The notes beneath the pieces are model-generated. The model had not been told where the DNA came from and searched no databases. It worked only from the letters and a program-made list of their open reading frames with translations. A program made the position numbers and the translations under genes. This document shows, piece after piece, positions 49,121 to 59,047 of a stretch of DNA of 64,000 bases. This DNA comes from an uncultured Actinomycetota bacterium (GTDB lineage: Bacteria; Actinomycetota; Actinomycetes; Mycobacteriales; Micromonosporaceae): contig CAWIXO010000028.1 of the NCBI GenBank assembly GCA_963840005.1, positions 24,171-88,170 of the forward strand. The letters run 5' to 3'. How positions within the stretch are numbered: the stretch's first letter is position 1; each line of letters starts with the position of its first letter.

Positions 49121-50606
49121 ATGGTCGATCTACTGACACGGCTGGCAGATCTGCCGCCAGCCGTCATCTACGTGATCGCCTTCACACTGATCGCCGGCGA
49201 GACGGCGGTGCTGCTCGGGCTGGTTTTTCCGGCCGAGGCGACGCTGCTGCTCGTCGGCTTCCTGTCATTCCAGGGCACCCTCGACCTGCGGCTGACGCTC
49301 GGGTTGATGGTGCTCGCCGCGCTGATCGGTGACTCGCTCGCCTTCCGGGCCGGCCGCCGCTACGGCCACCGCCTGCGCGAGGGGCGCTGGGGCGAGCGGG
49401 TCGGCGCCGCCCGCTGGGCCAAGGCCGAGGGCATGCTGCACCGCCTCGGCGGGCGCGGCGTCTTCGGCGCCCGGTTCGTCGCGTTCGCCCGCACGCTGCT
49501 GCCCCGGCTCGCCGGTGCCGCGGACATGCCGTACCGCCGGTTCGTGACCTGGAACGCACCCGGCGCCACGCTCTTCGTCGGCGCGTCGGTGATGGTCGGC
49601 TACGTCGCCGGAGAGTCCTACGAGACCGCCTCCGAATACCTGGGCAAGGCCACCGGCGCCGTGCTGACCCTGCTCGGCACGATCATCGTGATCGTGCTGG
49701 CCGGCCGTTGGCTGGGCCGCAACCCCGACCCGTGGCGGGCGCTGATCGCCCGGGCCGGCGCGCTGCCGCCGCTGCGCTGGGTCAACCAGCGCTTCGGCGT
49801 GCTGTTCTTCCTGCTCACCATGCGGCTCGGGCGGGGCTGGGCGCTGCTGGCCAACCTGGTCGCCGGCGTCGCCCTGCTCTTCGGCGTCGGCTTCGGGCTC
49901 GCGTTCGTGATGAAGTGGGCGATCGACCAGAGCGGCCTGAGCGTCATCGACGACAACATCGCCGGCTGGTTCGCGCTGCGCCGCACCGACCCGGTCGTCG
50001 ACGCCGCCCGGGAGACGCTCGGCATCCTGCGCGGCTCCCTGCTGATCCTGGTGGTCGCCCTGGTCGCGGCCGCGCTCGCCTGGCGGCACCGGTCCCTGCG
50101 CGGCGACCTGGTCACCGTGGTCAGCACGGCCGGCGCCTTCGTGCCGCTCGTGCTGCTCGCGGTGATCTCCGATGTGACCCGGGCCGGCGACCTCACGTCG
50201 GCCAGCTCGTCGGTGTCCGGCCTGTTCCCGAGCCAGAACGCGGTGATCACCGCCGGCTTCTGCACGCTGGCCTGGCTGCTGTCCCGGGGCAGAGCACTGG
50301 CCGCTGCGGGTGGCGCTCTGGACGGTGGCGGCCGCGGCGATCGCGACCCTCAGCGGCGCCCGGCTCTACCTCGGCTGGAGCGTGGCCAGCGAGACGGCCA
50401 CCTCCGTGCTGCTCGGTGTGATGTGGACGCTCTTCTTCATGGTGGCCTTCGCCAGCCGCGACAACGGGACGACCGAGGAGGTCGCCGAGGCGGTCGCCGA
50501 GGCGCCGGCTGTCGAGCTGCCGGTCACCGAGGCCCCCGCCATGTTGTCCGAGGCGGACGGCGGCGGGCTCACACCCGCTCCCCAGGCCGCGCAACCGGGG
50601 CGGTAG
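49121..50606 (+). CDS. DedA + degenerate PAP2 fusion membrane protein, frameshift near 50295
   Basis: ET..LGLVFPAE, GDSLAF, ARFVAFAR; FPSQNA and RLYLGWSVASE replace catalytic PSGH and H..D. Confidence 0.82.
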
Positions 50607-50653
50607 GAAACCGTTTCGGCTGATAGCGTCCCCCCAACTCACGGGGAGGGTGC

Positions 50654-51514
50654 ATGCGGCGGTCACGGCGTTACGCGTTAGCGGTCTGTGCGGCTGCTCT
50701 GGTGCTGCTGGCGAGTGGCTGTGCCGAGCAGGGCGCCAAGACCAACGCCGGGTCGGGCCTGGACAACGCGGCGGCCCAGTCCGCCGACGACGACGTCACC
50801 GCCTGGGACGACGAGCCCACCGAGGACCCGGACGCGGGCGCCGAGAACGGTCTCGGGGCCGCACCGAAGAAGTCACCGTCGCCCAAGCCGACCGTCCGCA
50901 AGACCACGCCGACGAAGAAGAGCCCGCCGCGCCGCTCCACCCCCGAGAAGCTGGCGCCGGCGCCGCCCAAACCGGAGGCGGGTTGCACCAAGCCCCGCTA
51001 CGAGGGCACCCAGGCCAGCCGGGCCAACGTCAAGGCGGCGCTGACCGACGCCGCCGGCCGCACGTACTGGCCGACCAGCGCGCCGAGCCTGCGGGTCCCG
51101 CTCGACCTGGTGAAGGCCACGGCCTGGCAGGAGAGCGGCTGGCAGTCCAACATCATCGCCTGCGACGGCGGCATCGGCCTCATGCAGGTCATGACGGACA
51201 CCGCGGCCTTCGTCAACCAGCGCTTCGACCAGAGCTACGACATCCGCGCCTACCGCGACAACGCCCTGCTCGGGGCCAACTACCTGGCCTGGTTGATCAA
51301 GTACTTCGGCGACGTCTACTTCCAGGGCGACTACTCGGTCGACGCGGCCGACTGCGCCAGCCACGACGACCTGTGCCTGCTCAACGCGGTGATCGCCGCC
51401 TACAACTTCGGGCCGGGCGCGGTCGACACCGACGCCGGACTCAAGATCCCCAACCCGCGGTACGTCGACAACGTCCGCTCGCTGATGACCAACTGCGAGT
51501 GCCTCAACTTCTGA
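50654..51514 (+). CDS. Lytic transglycosylase (SLT domain) lipoprotein
   Basis: Lipobox LASGC, Pro/Lys linker, AWQESGW, GLMQV, AAYNFG. Confidence 0.88.
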   Translation: MRRSRRYALAVCAAALVLLASGCAEQGAKTNAGSGLDNAAAQSADDDVTAWDDEPTEDPDAGAENGLGAAPKKSPSPKPTVRKTTPTKKSPPRRSTPEKLAPAPPKPEAGCTKPRYEGTQASRANVKAALTDAAGRTYWPTSAPSLRVPLDLVKATAWQESGWQSNIIACDGGIGLMQVMTDTAAFVNQRFDQSYDIRAYRDNALLGANYLAWLIKYFGDVYFQGDYSVDAADCASHDDLCLLNAVIAAYNFGPGAVDTDAGLKIPNPRYVDNVRSLMTNCECLNF

Positions 51515-52172
51515 TCTTGACCGCCCGGAACGCGAAGGTGTCCGCGATCCCGTTCGGGCTCGACTCCTCCACCCGGTCGATCCGCAGGCCGGCGTCGGTG
51601 ACCGCGTTGAGCAGGTCGGCCAGCGGCACGTGCCAGGCACCGACCCGGGCCCGCACGCCGTGCGGCGCCCAGGCGTCGAAGGTGCGCGCCCGGTCGGCGT
51701 AGCGGGTGTTGATCGTGATCAGGTCGGCGTCGGAGCGGTCGGCGAAGGCGCCCACGAAACACGGGTGCACCCCGACGTGCACGAGCCGGCCGCCGGGCGC
51801 CAGCACCCGGGCCGCCTCGCGCAGCACGGCCGCGTAGTCGGACAGGTCGGTGTGCGCCAGCACGCAGGCGACGGCCGGCAGACTGCTGTCGCGCAGTGGC
51901 AGCCGGGTCGCGTCGGCGGCCGCGGCCGGAAGCCGGCTCCTGGCCCACCGGAGCTGGCCCTGGGAGAGGTCGACGCCGATCGGTGCCCAGCCGAGCCCGC
52001 GGATCGTCGCGGCCTGCGCTCCCCCGCCGCAGCACAGATCGAGGCAGCACCCGGCGCCCGGACCGAGCAGGTCGGCCAGGTGGATCCGCACACGCTCCAT
52101 ATAGGACGACGCGACCTTGGTGTAGTCCTCGTACCAGTCGGCATGCGCGTCGTACGCGGGAGGGGCGGTCAT
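51504..52172 (-). CDS. Class I SAM-dependent methyltransferase
   Basis: YDAHADWY, LDLCCGGG, GVDLS, DATRLP, RVLAPGG. Confidence 0.9.
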   Translation of the reverse strand: MTAPPAYDAHADWYEDYTKVASSYMERVRIHLADLLGPGAGCCLDLCCGGGAQAATIRGLGWAPIGVDLSQGQLRWARSRLPAAAADATRLPLRDSSLPAVACVLAHTDLSDYAAVLREAARVLAPGGRLVHVGVHPCFVGAFADRSDADLITINTRYADRARTFDAWAPHGVRARVGAWHVPLADLLNAVTDAGLRIDRVEESSPNGIADTFAFRAVKIRS

Positions 52173-52244
52173 CCCGGCACGCTAACCCCGTCGTGGGGTG
52201 GGTGGGCCGATGTTCGCGGAGAGCGCACACTATCGTCGGACCCG

Positions 52245-53054
52245 ATGAGCAACTGGGACGAGGTCGACCGGGCGCTGGCCGCCGCACCGGGCACCGCCGC
52301 CGCCTGGATCGGGCCGGTCGGTGGGACACCTGTCTACGCACGGCTGGCCGACGCGACGCATTACGCGGCCAGCACGATGAAGGTGGGCGTGCTGGTCGCG
52401 CTGCACCGGGCCGGCCTCGACCTCGACGCGCCCGTGTCCGTCCACAACAGACACCGGTCGGCCCTGCCGGGCGCCGAGCCCTATGCCAACGACCCGGCCG
52501 AGGACAGCGACTCCGTGACCTGGTCGCTGCTCGGCGGCACCAGCACGCTGCGCGCCCTGGCCCGCCAGATGATCGTCCGATCCGGCAACCTGGCGACCAA
52601 TCTCTGCCTGGGCGCCGTCGGGCTGCCGGCGGTGCAGGAGGTGTGGCGGCTGGCCGGCGCCACCCACAGCGTCACCGCCCGCGGCATCGAGGACTCCGCG
52701 GCCCGGCTCGCCGGCATCGACAACCTGGTCACCGCGGGCGACCTGGCGGCACTGTTCGGCGCCGTGGTCGCCGGCGACCTGGTCCCGCCCCGCGCCCGCC
52801 GCGAGGTGCTCGGGCTGCTGGAGGCCAACGAACACCGCGACGACCTCGTCGCCGGGATACCGGCGGGCACCCGGGTGGCGCACAAGAACGGCTGGGTCAC
52901 CGGCGTCCGGCACGGTGCCGGCGTGGTGTTCCCGGGCGACGCGCCGCCGTACACCGTGGTGGTCTGCACGACGACCACGCTGCCCGACGACGCGGCGTGC
53001 GCGCTGGTCGCCTCGGTGTCGACCGCCACCTGGCGAGCCCGTTTCGCCGCCTAG
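52245..53054 (+). CDS. Serine hydrolase, class A beta-lactamase-like fold
   Basis: ASTMK (SxxK), SGN (SxN), KNG (KTG variant). Confidence 0.88.
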   Translation: MSNWDEVDRALAAAPGTAAAWIGPVGGTPVYARLADATHYAASTMKVGVLVALHRAGLDLDAPVSVHNRHRSALPGAEPYANDPAEDSDSVTWSLLGGTSTLRALARQMIVRSGNLATNLCLGAVGLPAVQEVWRLAGATHSVTARGIEDSAARLAGIDNLVTAGDLAALFGAVVAGDLVPPRARREVLGLLEANEHRDDLVAGIPAGTRVAHKNGWVTGVRHGAGVVFPGDAPPYTVVVCTTTTLPDDAACALVASVSTATWRARFAA

Positions 53055-53107
53055 GCCACCGCTTCGGCGCGATACTGAGGGTCGGCCGCCGTGGTTGGCG
53101 AGGGGGG

Positions 53108-54382
53108 ATGGGCGTGCCCGCTTGGCACGTGCGCGACTTCCACGACGACGACCTTGACCAGGCGATCGCCCTGTGGGACCAGAGCCGGCCGTCCGGCTCT
53201 CCGGTCTTCGGCGTGTCCGAGGCGATGGCCGCCGTCCGCGCCGGCCATCCGGCCGTGGTGGCCCTGGCCGGCGACGAGCTGATCGGGGCGGTGGTCGCCC
53301 GGGTCGACGGCGAACGGGCCTGGATCCTGCTGATCGCGCTCGCCGCCCGCTGGCGCAATCGCGGCGTCGGCAGCTCGCTGCTCGCCGGCCTCGAGCAGCG
53401 GCTGCGGGGGCTACACGTGCGCCGGGTCAGCGCCGTGGTGCCCGAGGAGGCGGCCGGCAGCGTGGCGATGCGCAACTCGGGTTACCAGGTCCGTGATGGG
53501 CTGACGTACTACGAGAAGGCCGAACACTTCAGCGGCGACGCCGGGTTGCTGGCGGCCCTCGGCGGCCGGCTGCTGCCGCGCGGGCTGTGGGACACGGTCG
53601 CCGGGATGGAGGCCGAGAAGGAGGCCATCGAGCAGCGGATCGTGCTGCCGCTGGCGCATCCCTCGCTCGCCGCGCGCTACGGGGTCGCGCCGCCGAAGGC
53701 GGCCATCCTGTTCGGCCCGCCGGGCACGGGCAAGACAAGCTTCGCCAAGGCGGTGGCCTCGCGCCTGGACTGGCCGTTCGTCGAGCTCTTCCCGGCCCGG
53801 CTGGCCGCCGACGGCGACGGGCTCGCGGGCGCGCTGCGGGCGGCCTTCGCCGACCTGGCCGACCTCGCCGAGGTCCTGGTCTTCATCGACGAGGTCGAGG
53901 AGATCGCCGGCGTACGCTCCGGCAACGCCACGGACCCCCGCCACGGCGTGACCAACGAGCTGCTCAAGACCATCCCCGGCTTCCGCGAGCGCGGCGACCG
54001 GCTGCTGATCTGCGCGACCAACTCGGTCCGCTCACTGGACCCGGCGTTCCTGCGTCCGGGGCGGTTCGACTACGTGCTCCCGGTCGGCCCGCCGGACGAG
54101 ACCGCCCGCGCGGCGATCTGGCAGCGCTACCTCGGTCCCGCCGCCGGCAACGTCGACCTGGCCCGGCTGGTCGGGTCGAGCGAGCTGTTCACGCCGGCGG
54201 ACATCGAGTTCGCGGCGCGCAAGGGCGCCCAGGCCGCCTTCGAGCGTGAGGTGCGCCACCACCGCGGCGAGCCCGCCACCACGGACGACTACCTGACCGC
54301 GATCGCGGACACCCGACCGACGCTGACGCCGGAGATGGTCGCGGCGTTCACGGAGGACATCTCCACGCACAGCCGTCGCTAG
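53108..54382 (+). CDS. GNAT acetyltransferase-AAA+ ATPase fusion
   Basis: WRNRGVGS acetyl-CoA motif; GPPGTGKT, FIDEVE, ATN, DPAFLRPGRFD. Confidence 0.88.
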   Translation: MGVPAWHVRDFHDDDLDQAIALWDQSRPSGSPVFGVSEAMAAVRAGHPAVVALAGDELIGAVVARVDGERAWILLIALAARWRNRGVGSSLLAGLEQRLRGLHVRRVSAVVPEEAAGSVAMRNSGYQVRDGLTYYEKAEHFSGDAGLLAALGGRLLPRGLWDTVAGMEAEKEAIEQRIVLPLAHPSLAARYGVAPPKAAILFGPPGTGKTSFAKAVASRLDWPFVELFPARLAADGDGLAGALRAAFADLADLAEVLVFIDEVEEIAGVRSGNATDPRHGVTNELLKTIPGFRERGDRLLICATNSVRSLDPAFLRPGRFDYVLPVGPPDETARAAIWQRYLGPAAGNVDLARLVGSSELFTPADIEFAARKGAQAAFEREVRHHRGEPATTDDYLTAIADTRPTLTPEMVAAFTEDISTHSRR

Positions 54383-54385
54383 GTC

Positions 54386-55180
54386 CTAGTCGAGCAGGCG
54401 TTCGCGAAGGTCGGCCTTGAGCCGGTCGTCGATGCCGAGGGCGTCGCGCAGGTAGGTGTCCATGTCGCCGTGCCGGAGGGCGACCTCGTCGTACGCGGCG
54501 TCCAGGTAGGTCTCGCGCGCCTCCAGGACGGGGCGGATCGCGTCGAGGTCGAGGCCCGGGCGGCGGACCAGCATGGCACCCATGATCGACTCGTTGACGC
54601 CGTCGGCCAGGTCGTTGGTGCGCAGGTAGTCGGCCCGGATCGCCGCGGAGTCGACACCCAGGGCGGTCAACAGGATGACCGAGAGCCAGCCGGTGCGGTC
54701 CTTGCCGGCGCTGCAGTGGAACAGCAGCGGCAGGTTGTCCGGCTCGGCGATGGTCCGCACGGCGCGGGTGAACGCCTCGATCGCCGCCGGGGAGGCGACG
54801 AACCAGCGGTAGATCGCCTCCATCGCGCCGGTGGTGCCCTCGCGGGCCAGCGCCTCGTACGCGGCCAGGTCGTGGCCCAGCATCACCGCCGAGACGTAGG
54901 TGAAGACCGGGTGCTGGGGGTCGTGGATCGGGATGTGCACCACCCGCGGCTCGCCGGCCAGCCGGTCCGGCGGTGCGACCTCGATCTCGTTGGCGCTGCG
55001 CAGGTCGACGACGCAGGACAGGTCCAGCTTGCCCAGCGTCGGCAGGTCGTCGTCGACCAGCCGGCCCAGCCCGCTGGCCCGGATCAGGGCGCCGGCCCGG
55101 ACGGTCCGCCCATCCGCACCGACGAGACCGCCGAGGTCACGGGCGTTCGGCGCACCCGACAACGACCACTCCACCGACAT
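54386..55180 (-). CDS. Tyrosine-protein phosphatase family (Y_phosphatase3/PtpB-like)
   Basis: NARDLGG, DLRS, FHCSAGKDRTG, DYLRTN. Confidence 0.93.
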   Translation of the reverse strand: MSVEWSLSGAPNARDLGGLVGADGRTVRAGALIRASGLGRLVDDDLPTLGKLDLSCVVDLRSANEIEVAPPDRLAGEPRVVHIPIHDPQHPVFTYVSAVMLGHDLAAYEALAREGTTGAMEAIYRWFVASPAAIEAFTRAVRTIAEPDNLPLLFHCSAGKDRTGWLSVILLTALGVDSAAIRADYLRTNDLADGVNESIMGAMLVRRPGLDLDAIRPVLEARETYLDAAYDEVALRHGDMDTYLRDALGIDDRLKADLRERLLD

Positions 55181-55227
55181 CGAAGATCCCTCCGTCGTTC
55201 TCAGCCCCTCCGGATAGGGTGCCGCAC

Positions 55228-56301
55228 ATGACGATCGAGGATGTCAGGACCCACCGGGTACGTGCGCCCCTGCACACGCCGTTCGTCACGGCGCTGCGGC
55301 GGGCCACTTCGGTGGAGACCCTCATCGTCGAGATCGTCGACCAGGACGGCCGGTCCGGCTACGGAGAGGCGCCGCAGGTCTGGCAGGTGACGGGTGCGTC
55401 GCTGGCCGGCTCGGAGGCGTGCGTCACGTCGATGCTCCGGCCGCTGCTGCTCGGCCGGGACCCGGACGACCTGGTCGCGCTGTGCCGGGCGACGTCCCGC
55501 GCCGTCGCCGGCAACGAGGCGGCCAAGGCGGCGGTCGACGTCGCGCTGCACGACCTGGCCGCGCGCCGCCTCGGCGTACCCCTGGCCCGGTTGCTGGGTG
55601 GCACGGCCCGGCGGGTGCCGACGGACGTGACGCTGACCGCGGCCGACGAGATCGGTGTCGCGGACGCGGCGCGGGCCCGGGTTTCGGAAGGCTTCACCGT
55701 GCTCAAGGTGAAGGTCGGCGCCGACCCGGCGACCGACCTGGCCCGGATCCGCGACGTCCGCGCGGCCGCCGGCCCGGGGGCGCGGATCCGCCTCGACGCC
55801 AACCAGGGCTGGGGCGCGAAGGAGGCGGTACGGATCATCCGCGCGGCCCAGGACCTGGGTGCCGACCTGGAACTGGTCGAGCAGCCGGTGCACCACCGCG
55901 ACATCGAGGGCCTGCGCTGGGTCACCGACCGGGTGGACGTGCCGATCCTCGCCGACGAGTCGGTGTACGGGGTCCGTGACCTGGTCGCGGTGATCCGGGC
56001 GCGGGCCGCCGACATGGTCAACGTCAAACTCGCCAAATGTGGCGGCCTGGGACCGGCCCGCACCCTGCTCTCCCTCGCCGAGGCCCACGACATGGGCACC
56101 ATCGTCGGCACGATGATGGAGAGCCCCGTGGGCGTCGGCGCCGCCGCGAGCCTGGTGGCGGCCCACGGCACCACCGCCGTCGCCGACCTGGACGCCGCCT
56201 GGTGGCTGTCCACCTCGCCGGTCAACGGCGGCCTGACCTACGAGCCCGGCACCGTCATCCTCCCGGACGCACCCGGCCTCGGCCTGAGCCTGCCCGACTG
56301 A
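55228..56301 (+). CDS. L-Ala-D/L-Glu dipeptide epimerase (enolase superfamily)
   Basis: PFVTA, KVK, DANQGW, EQP, ADES, KLAKCGG, DLD. Confidence 0.9.
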   Translation: MTIEDVRTHRVRAPLHTPFVTALRRATSVETLIVEIVDQDGRSGYGEAPQVWQVTGASLAGSEACVTSMLRPLLLGRDPDDLVALCRATSRAVAGNEAAKAAVDVALHDLAARRLGVPLARLLGGTARRVPTDVTLTAADEIGVADAARARVSEGFTVLKVKVGADPATDLARIRDVRAAAGPGARIRLDANQGWGAKEAVRIIRAAQDLGADLELVEQPVHHRDIEGLRWVTDRVDVPILADESVYGVRDLVAVIRARAADMVNVKLAKCGGLGPARTLLSLAEAHDMGTIVGTMMESPVGVGAAASLVAAHGTTAVADLDAAWWLSTSPVNGGLTYEPGTVILPDAPGLGLSLPD

Positions 56302-56304
56302 GTC

Positions 56305-57054
56305 TCACCGCGGCAGGCCCTGGTACGCGGCCTGGCCGGCGATCTGGCCGCCGTCGCCGGCCACCTCGCTGCCGGTGACGAACCGGGCGTCGTCGCTGGC
56401 GAAGAAGAGCACGATCCCGGCGATGTCGTCCGGCTCGCCGACCCGCCCGAGCGCGACGTTCGCGGTGTCGAAGGTGACGCCGGTGGTCATCGGCGTGTTG
56501 ATCTGGCCGGGATGCACGGCGTTGACCCGGATGCCGTGCGCGCCGAGCTCCAGCGCGGCGGTCCTGGTCAGGCCGCGGACCCCCCACTTGGCGACCACGT
56601 AGCCGGCCATCCTCGGCACGCCCTGGAGGGCGCCGACGGAGCCGATGTTGACGATCGACCCGCCGCCGGCCCGCTTCATCGCCGGGACGACGGCCTGGAT
56701 GCCGTTGAAGACACCGATGAGGTTGACGTCGAGGGTGCGCTGCAGGCGCGCGGTGTCCCACTCCTCGAGCGGGGCCGGATCCGCGATCCCGGCGTTGTTG
56801 ACCAGGATGTCGACCGAGCCGAACCGCTCCTCCGTGTCTCGCACGAGGTCGGCCCACGCCTCCGGCGATCGCACGTCCAGCTTCCGGGCGAGGGCTGTCG
56901 GCCCGAGCTCGGTGGCCAGGGCCTCGGCCGCGGCGACGTTGACGTCGGCGATGACCACGTTCGCGCCCTCGGCCACGAGCCGGCGCACCGTCGCGCCGCC
57001 CATCCCCATCGCGCCACCGGTGACCACCGCTGTCTTTCCTGCTACCCGTCCCAT
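56305..57054 (-). CDS. SDR oxidoreductase (3-alpha/20-beta-HSD-like)
   Basis: TGGAMGMG, NNAGI, YVVAKW, VHPG. Confidence 0.92.
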   Translation of the reverse strand: MGRVAGKTAVVTGGAMGMGGATVRRLVAEGANVVIADVNVAAAEALATELGPTALARKLDVRSPEAWADLVRDTEERFGSVDILVNNAGIADPAPLEEWDTARLQRTLDVNLIGVFNGIQAVVPAMKRAGGGSIVNIGSVGALQGVPRMAGYVVAKWGVRGLTRTAALELGAHGIRVNAVHPGQINTPMTTGVTFDTANVALGRVGEPDDIAGIVLFFASDDARFVTGSEVAGDGGQIAGQAAYQGLPR

Positions 57055-57099
57055 GTCGAAACCTCTCCTCAGGCCGTTTCAGTCAACGTAGGACGAGAT

Positions 57100-57196
57100 G
57101 GGTGACGCGTCACCCTTTAGTGGGCGATGACACATCACCCTTACGTGCCCTGGAAATGGCCGTGGTGAAGCGTCGATATGGGATGACAGATCACCC
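57100..57196. promoter_or_regulatory. Three copies of a palindromic operator upstream of the SDR gene
   Basis: GGGTGACGCGTCACCC (57100-15), GATGACACATCACCC (57126-40), GGATGACAGATCACCC (57181-96). Confidence 0.7.
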
Positions 57197-57204
57197 CGGT
57201 CGGA

Positions 57205-57676
57205 TCACTCCTCGAAGGGATCGTCCGCGAGGTTCTCGAGCACGGTCTCCGAGGTGACGGCCAGCATGTCGAGCTGCCGGGGGCTGAGCACGTCGAAGAA
57301 GAGCTGCCGCACGTAGCGGAGGTGCAGCGGAGTGGCCTTGTCGATCACCGATCGGCCGTCTTCAGTCGAGCAGGATCTGGTTGCCCCGGTCGTCGTCGGC
57401 GCTGGTCCGACGCTCGACCAGGCCGCGGCGGACCATGCGCGAGATCTGGTGGGTCAGCCGGGTCTTCTCCCACCTGAGGGCCTCCCGCAGCTCGAAGACC
57501 CGCATCGGGCCGCCGTGCGCCATCCGCAGCGTGCTCAACACGGCGAAGTCCGCCAGGGAGATCCCGGCGTCGCGGACCAACTGGCGGTTCATGTGCCGGC
57601 GCACGTCCTCCTGCATCGTCAGGAAGCCGTACCAGGCACGCCGCTCGCGGTCGGTCAGGCGCTCAGGCTCGGTCAC
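57205..57676 (-). CDS. MarR family regulator, frameshift near 57365
   Basis: LTDRERRAW, GISLADFAVL, WEKTRLTHQISRM..RGLVER..DDRG; tail HLRYVRQLFFD to stop at 57205. Confidence 0.88.
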
Positions 57677-57694
57677 GGGTCCACGCTACCGGCA

Positions 57695-57710
57695 GGGTGA
57701 CACGTCCCCC
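57695..57710. promoter_or_regulatory. Fourth operator copy upstream of marR (probable autoregulation)
   Basis: GGGTGACACGTCCCCC. Confidence 0.6.
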
Positions 57711-57833
57711 GGCGCCCTGTGCTGTGGCGCCATCGGTGCGGGTCAATGGGGCGTGTGGGTGGGGAATCGGACGGTCGGTCGATCGGGGTCGGCCGAGCGG
57801 GCAGAATGAAGGAGAGTTCCAGCGGATGATTGA

Positions 57834-58841
57834 GTGACGGCGAAGATTTTCGTAGCCTGGCAGACAGGGGTGGGGACCCCGTCGGCGGTGCGGACGGGGG
57901 GCGGGCGAGTGCGAACGGACAGGCAACGAGCGGTGCGGGCAGGCAGCGACGCGATGGTACGGGTGGCCGTCGCGACTCTGTGGTCCACACCGGACGCGGT
58001 TCGTCCGATTGACAGCCGCGCGCTCGGGCGCACCGCCGACATCCCCTCCTGGGTGGCGTCGATGTCGGCAGAACAGCAGGTCGGCGACGGTGTGCTGAGC
58101 CAGCTTCTGCTGGGTGAACGGGTCCGCGTCGACGAGGTACGCGACGACGGCTGGGTCCGCGTCGTCGCACTGCAGCAGCCCGGCGTACGCGACCGGCGCG
58201 GCTATCCGGGGTGGATCCCTTCTGAGCAGCTGGTGACGGCTGACGACATCCCCGCGAGCGACGACACCACCCTTGTCGTCGACGCGACCTCGACCGACCT
58301 CCGCGCCACACCCGGCGGCCCGGTCGTGCTGGCCAACGTCATGATCGGCACCCGGTTGCTGCCACTGGGTGAGCTCGTCGACGGCTGGTGGCCGGTGGGC
58401 GCCGGCGACGGACTGATGTGGGTGGCGGCCGCCGACGTGGTCGCCGACGACGGCGCGGGCGGGCTGGCGGCCGCAGCACTCGACGTGGCGTCCCGGCTGC
58501 AAGGGGTGCCGTACGTCTGGGGCGGACTCTCCGCGTACGGCATCGACTGCTCAGGCCTCGTCCATCTGTCCTGGCGCCGGTTCGGGGTGGTGCTCCCCCG
58601 CGACGCGGCCGACCAGGCCGAGGCGACCCGCTCGGTGCCGCTGGGTTCGGAACGCCCCGGCGACCTGTACTTCTTCGCCCGTCCCGGCCGCCGCATCCAC
58701 CACGTAGGCATCGTGACCGACCGGGCCGGTGGTGGTCTGCGGATGCTGCACGCCTGCTACACCCAGCGACGGGTGGTGGAGGAGCCGCTTCCCGAGACGC
58801 GTGTGGCGACCCTGGTCGCCGCGCACCGGGTAGCGGACTGA
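57834..58841 (+). CDS. NlpC/P60 (C40) peptidase with SH3-like N-terminus, YkfC-like
   Basis: SQLLLGE, GYPGWI, YVWGG..GIDCSG, PRDA, HVG, MLHA; true start probably about 100 nt downstream. Confidence 0.9.
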   Translation: MTAKIFVAWQTGVGTPSAVRTGGGRVRTDRQRAVRAGSDAMVRVAVATLWSTPDAVRPIDSRALGRTADIPSWVASMSAEQQVGDGVLSQLLLGERVRVDEVRDDGWVRVVALQQPGVRDRRGYPGWIPSEQLVTADDIPASDDTTLVVDATSTDLRATPGGPVVLANVMIGTRLLPLGELVDGWWPVGAGDGLMWVAAADVVADDGAGGLAAAALDVASRLQGVPYVWGGLSAYGIDCSGLVHLSWRRFGVVLPRDAADQAEATRSVPLGSERPGDLYFFARPGRRIHHVGIVTDRAGGGLRMLHACYTQRRVVEEPLPETRVATLVAAHRVAD

Positions 58842-59001
58842 GTTCCCCGGCCGCCCGGGAATGGGTGGGCCGGGGTCGTGGTTGTGATGACTGTCGGTGT
58901 GTTCAGTGTCCCCGGGCCTCACCTAATTGCCTTCGCGGAATACCGTTCGGCTGGAGCCGCGTCGTGCCACTCGCCGAGAGGCGACCTGCATACCGACACC
59001 T

Positions 59002-59047
59002 GAGAACGCCGCTCCGGCAACCGCCGGGAGCGGCGTTTTCGGCTTTC
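59002..59047 (+). terminator. Strong hairpin with T-rich tail
   Basis: GAGAACGCCGCTCC-ggcaaccgccg-GGAGCGGCGTTTTC then GGCTTTT. Confidence 0.5.

Noticed and set aside
52245-53054. Bona fide class A beta-lactamase resistance gene
   Set aside because: No signal peptide, KNG instead of KTG/KSG, and cell-wall recycling context; only the fold is supported
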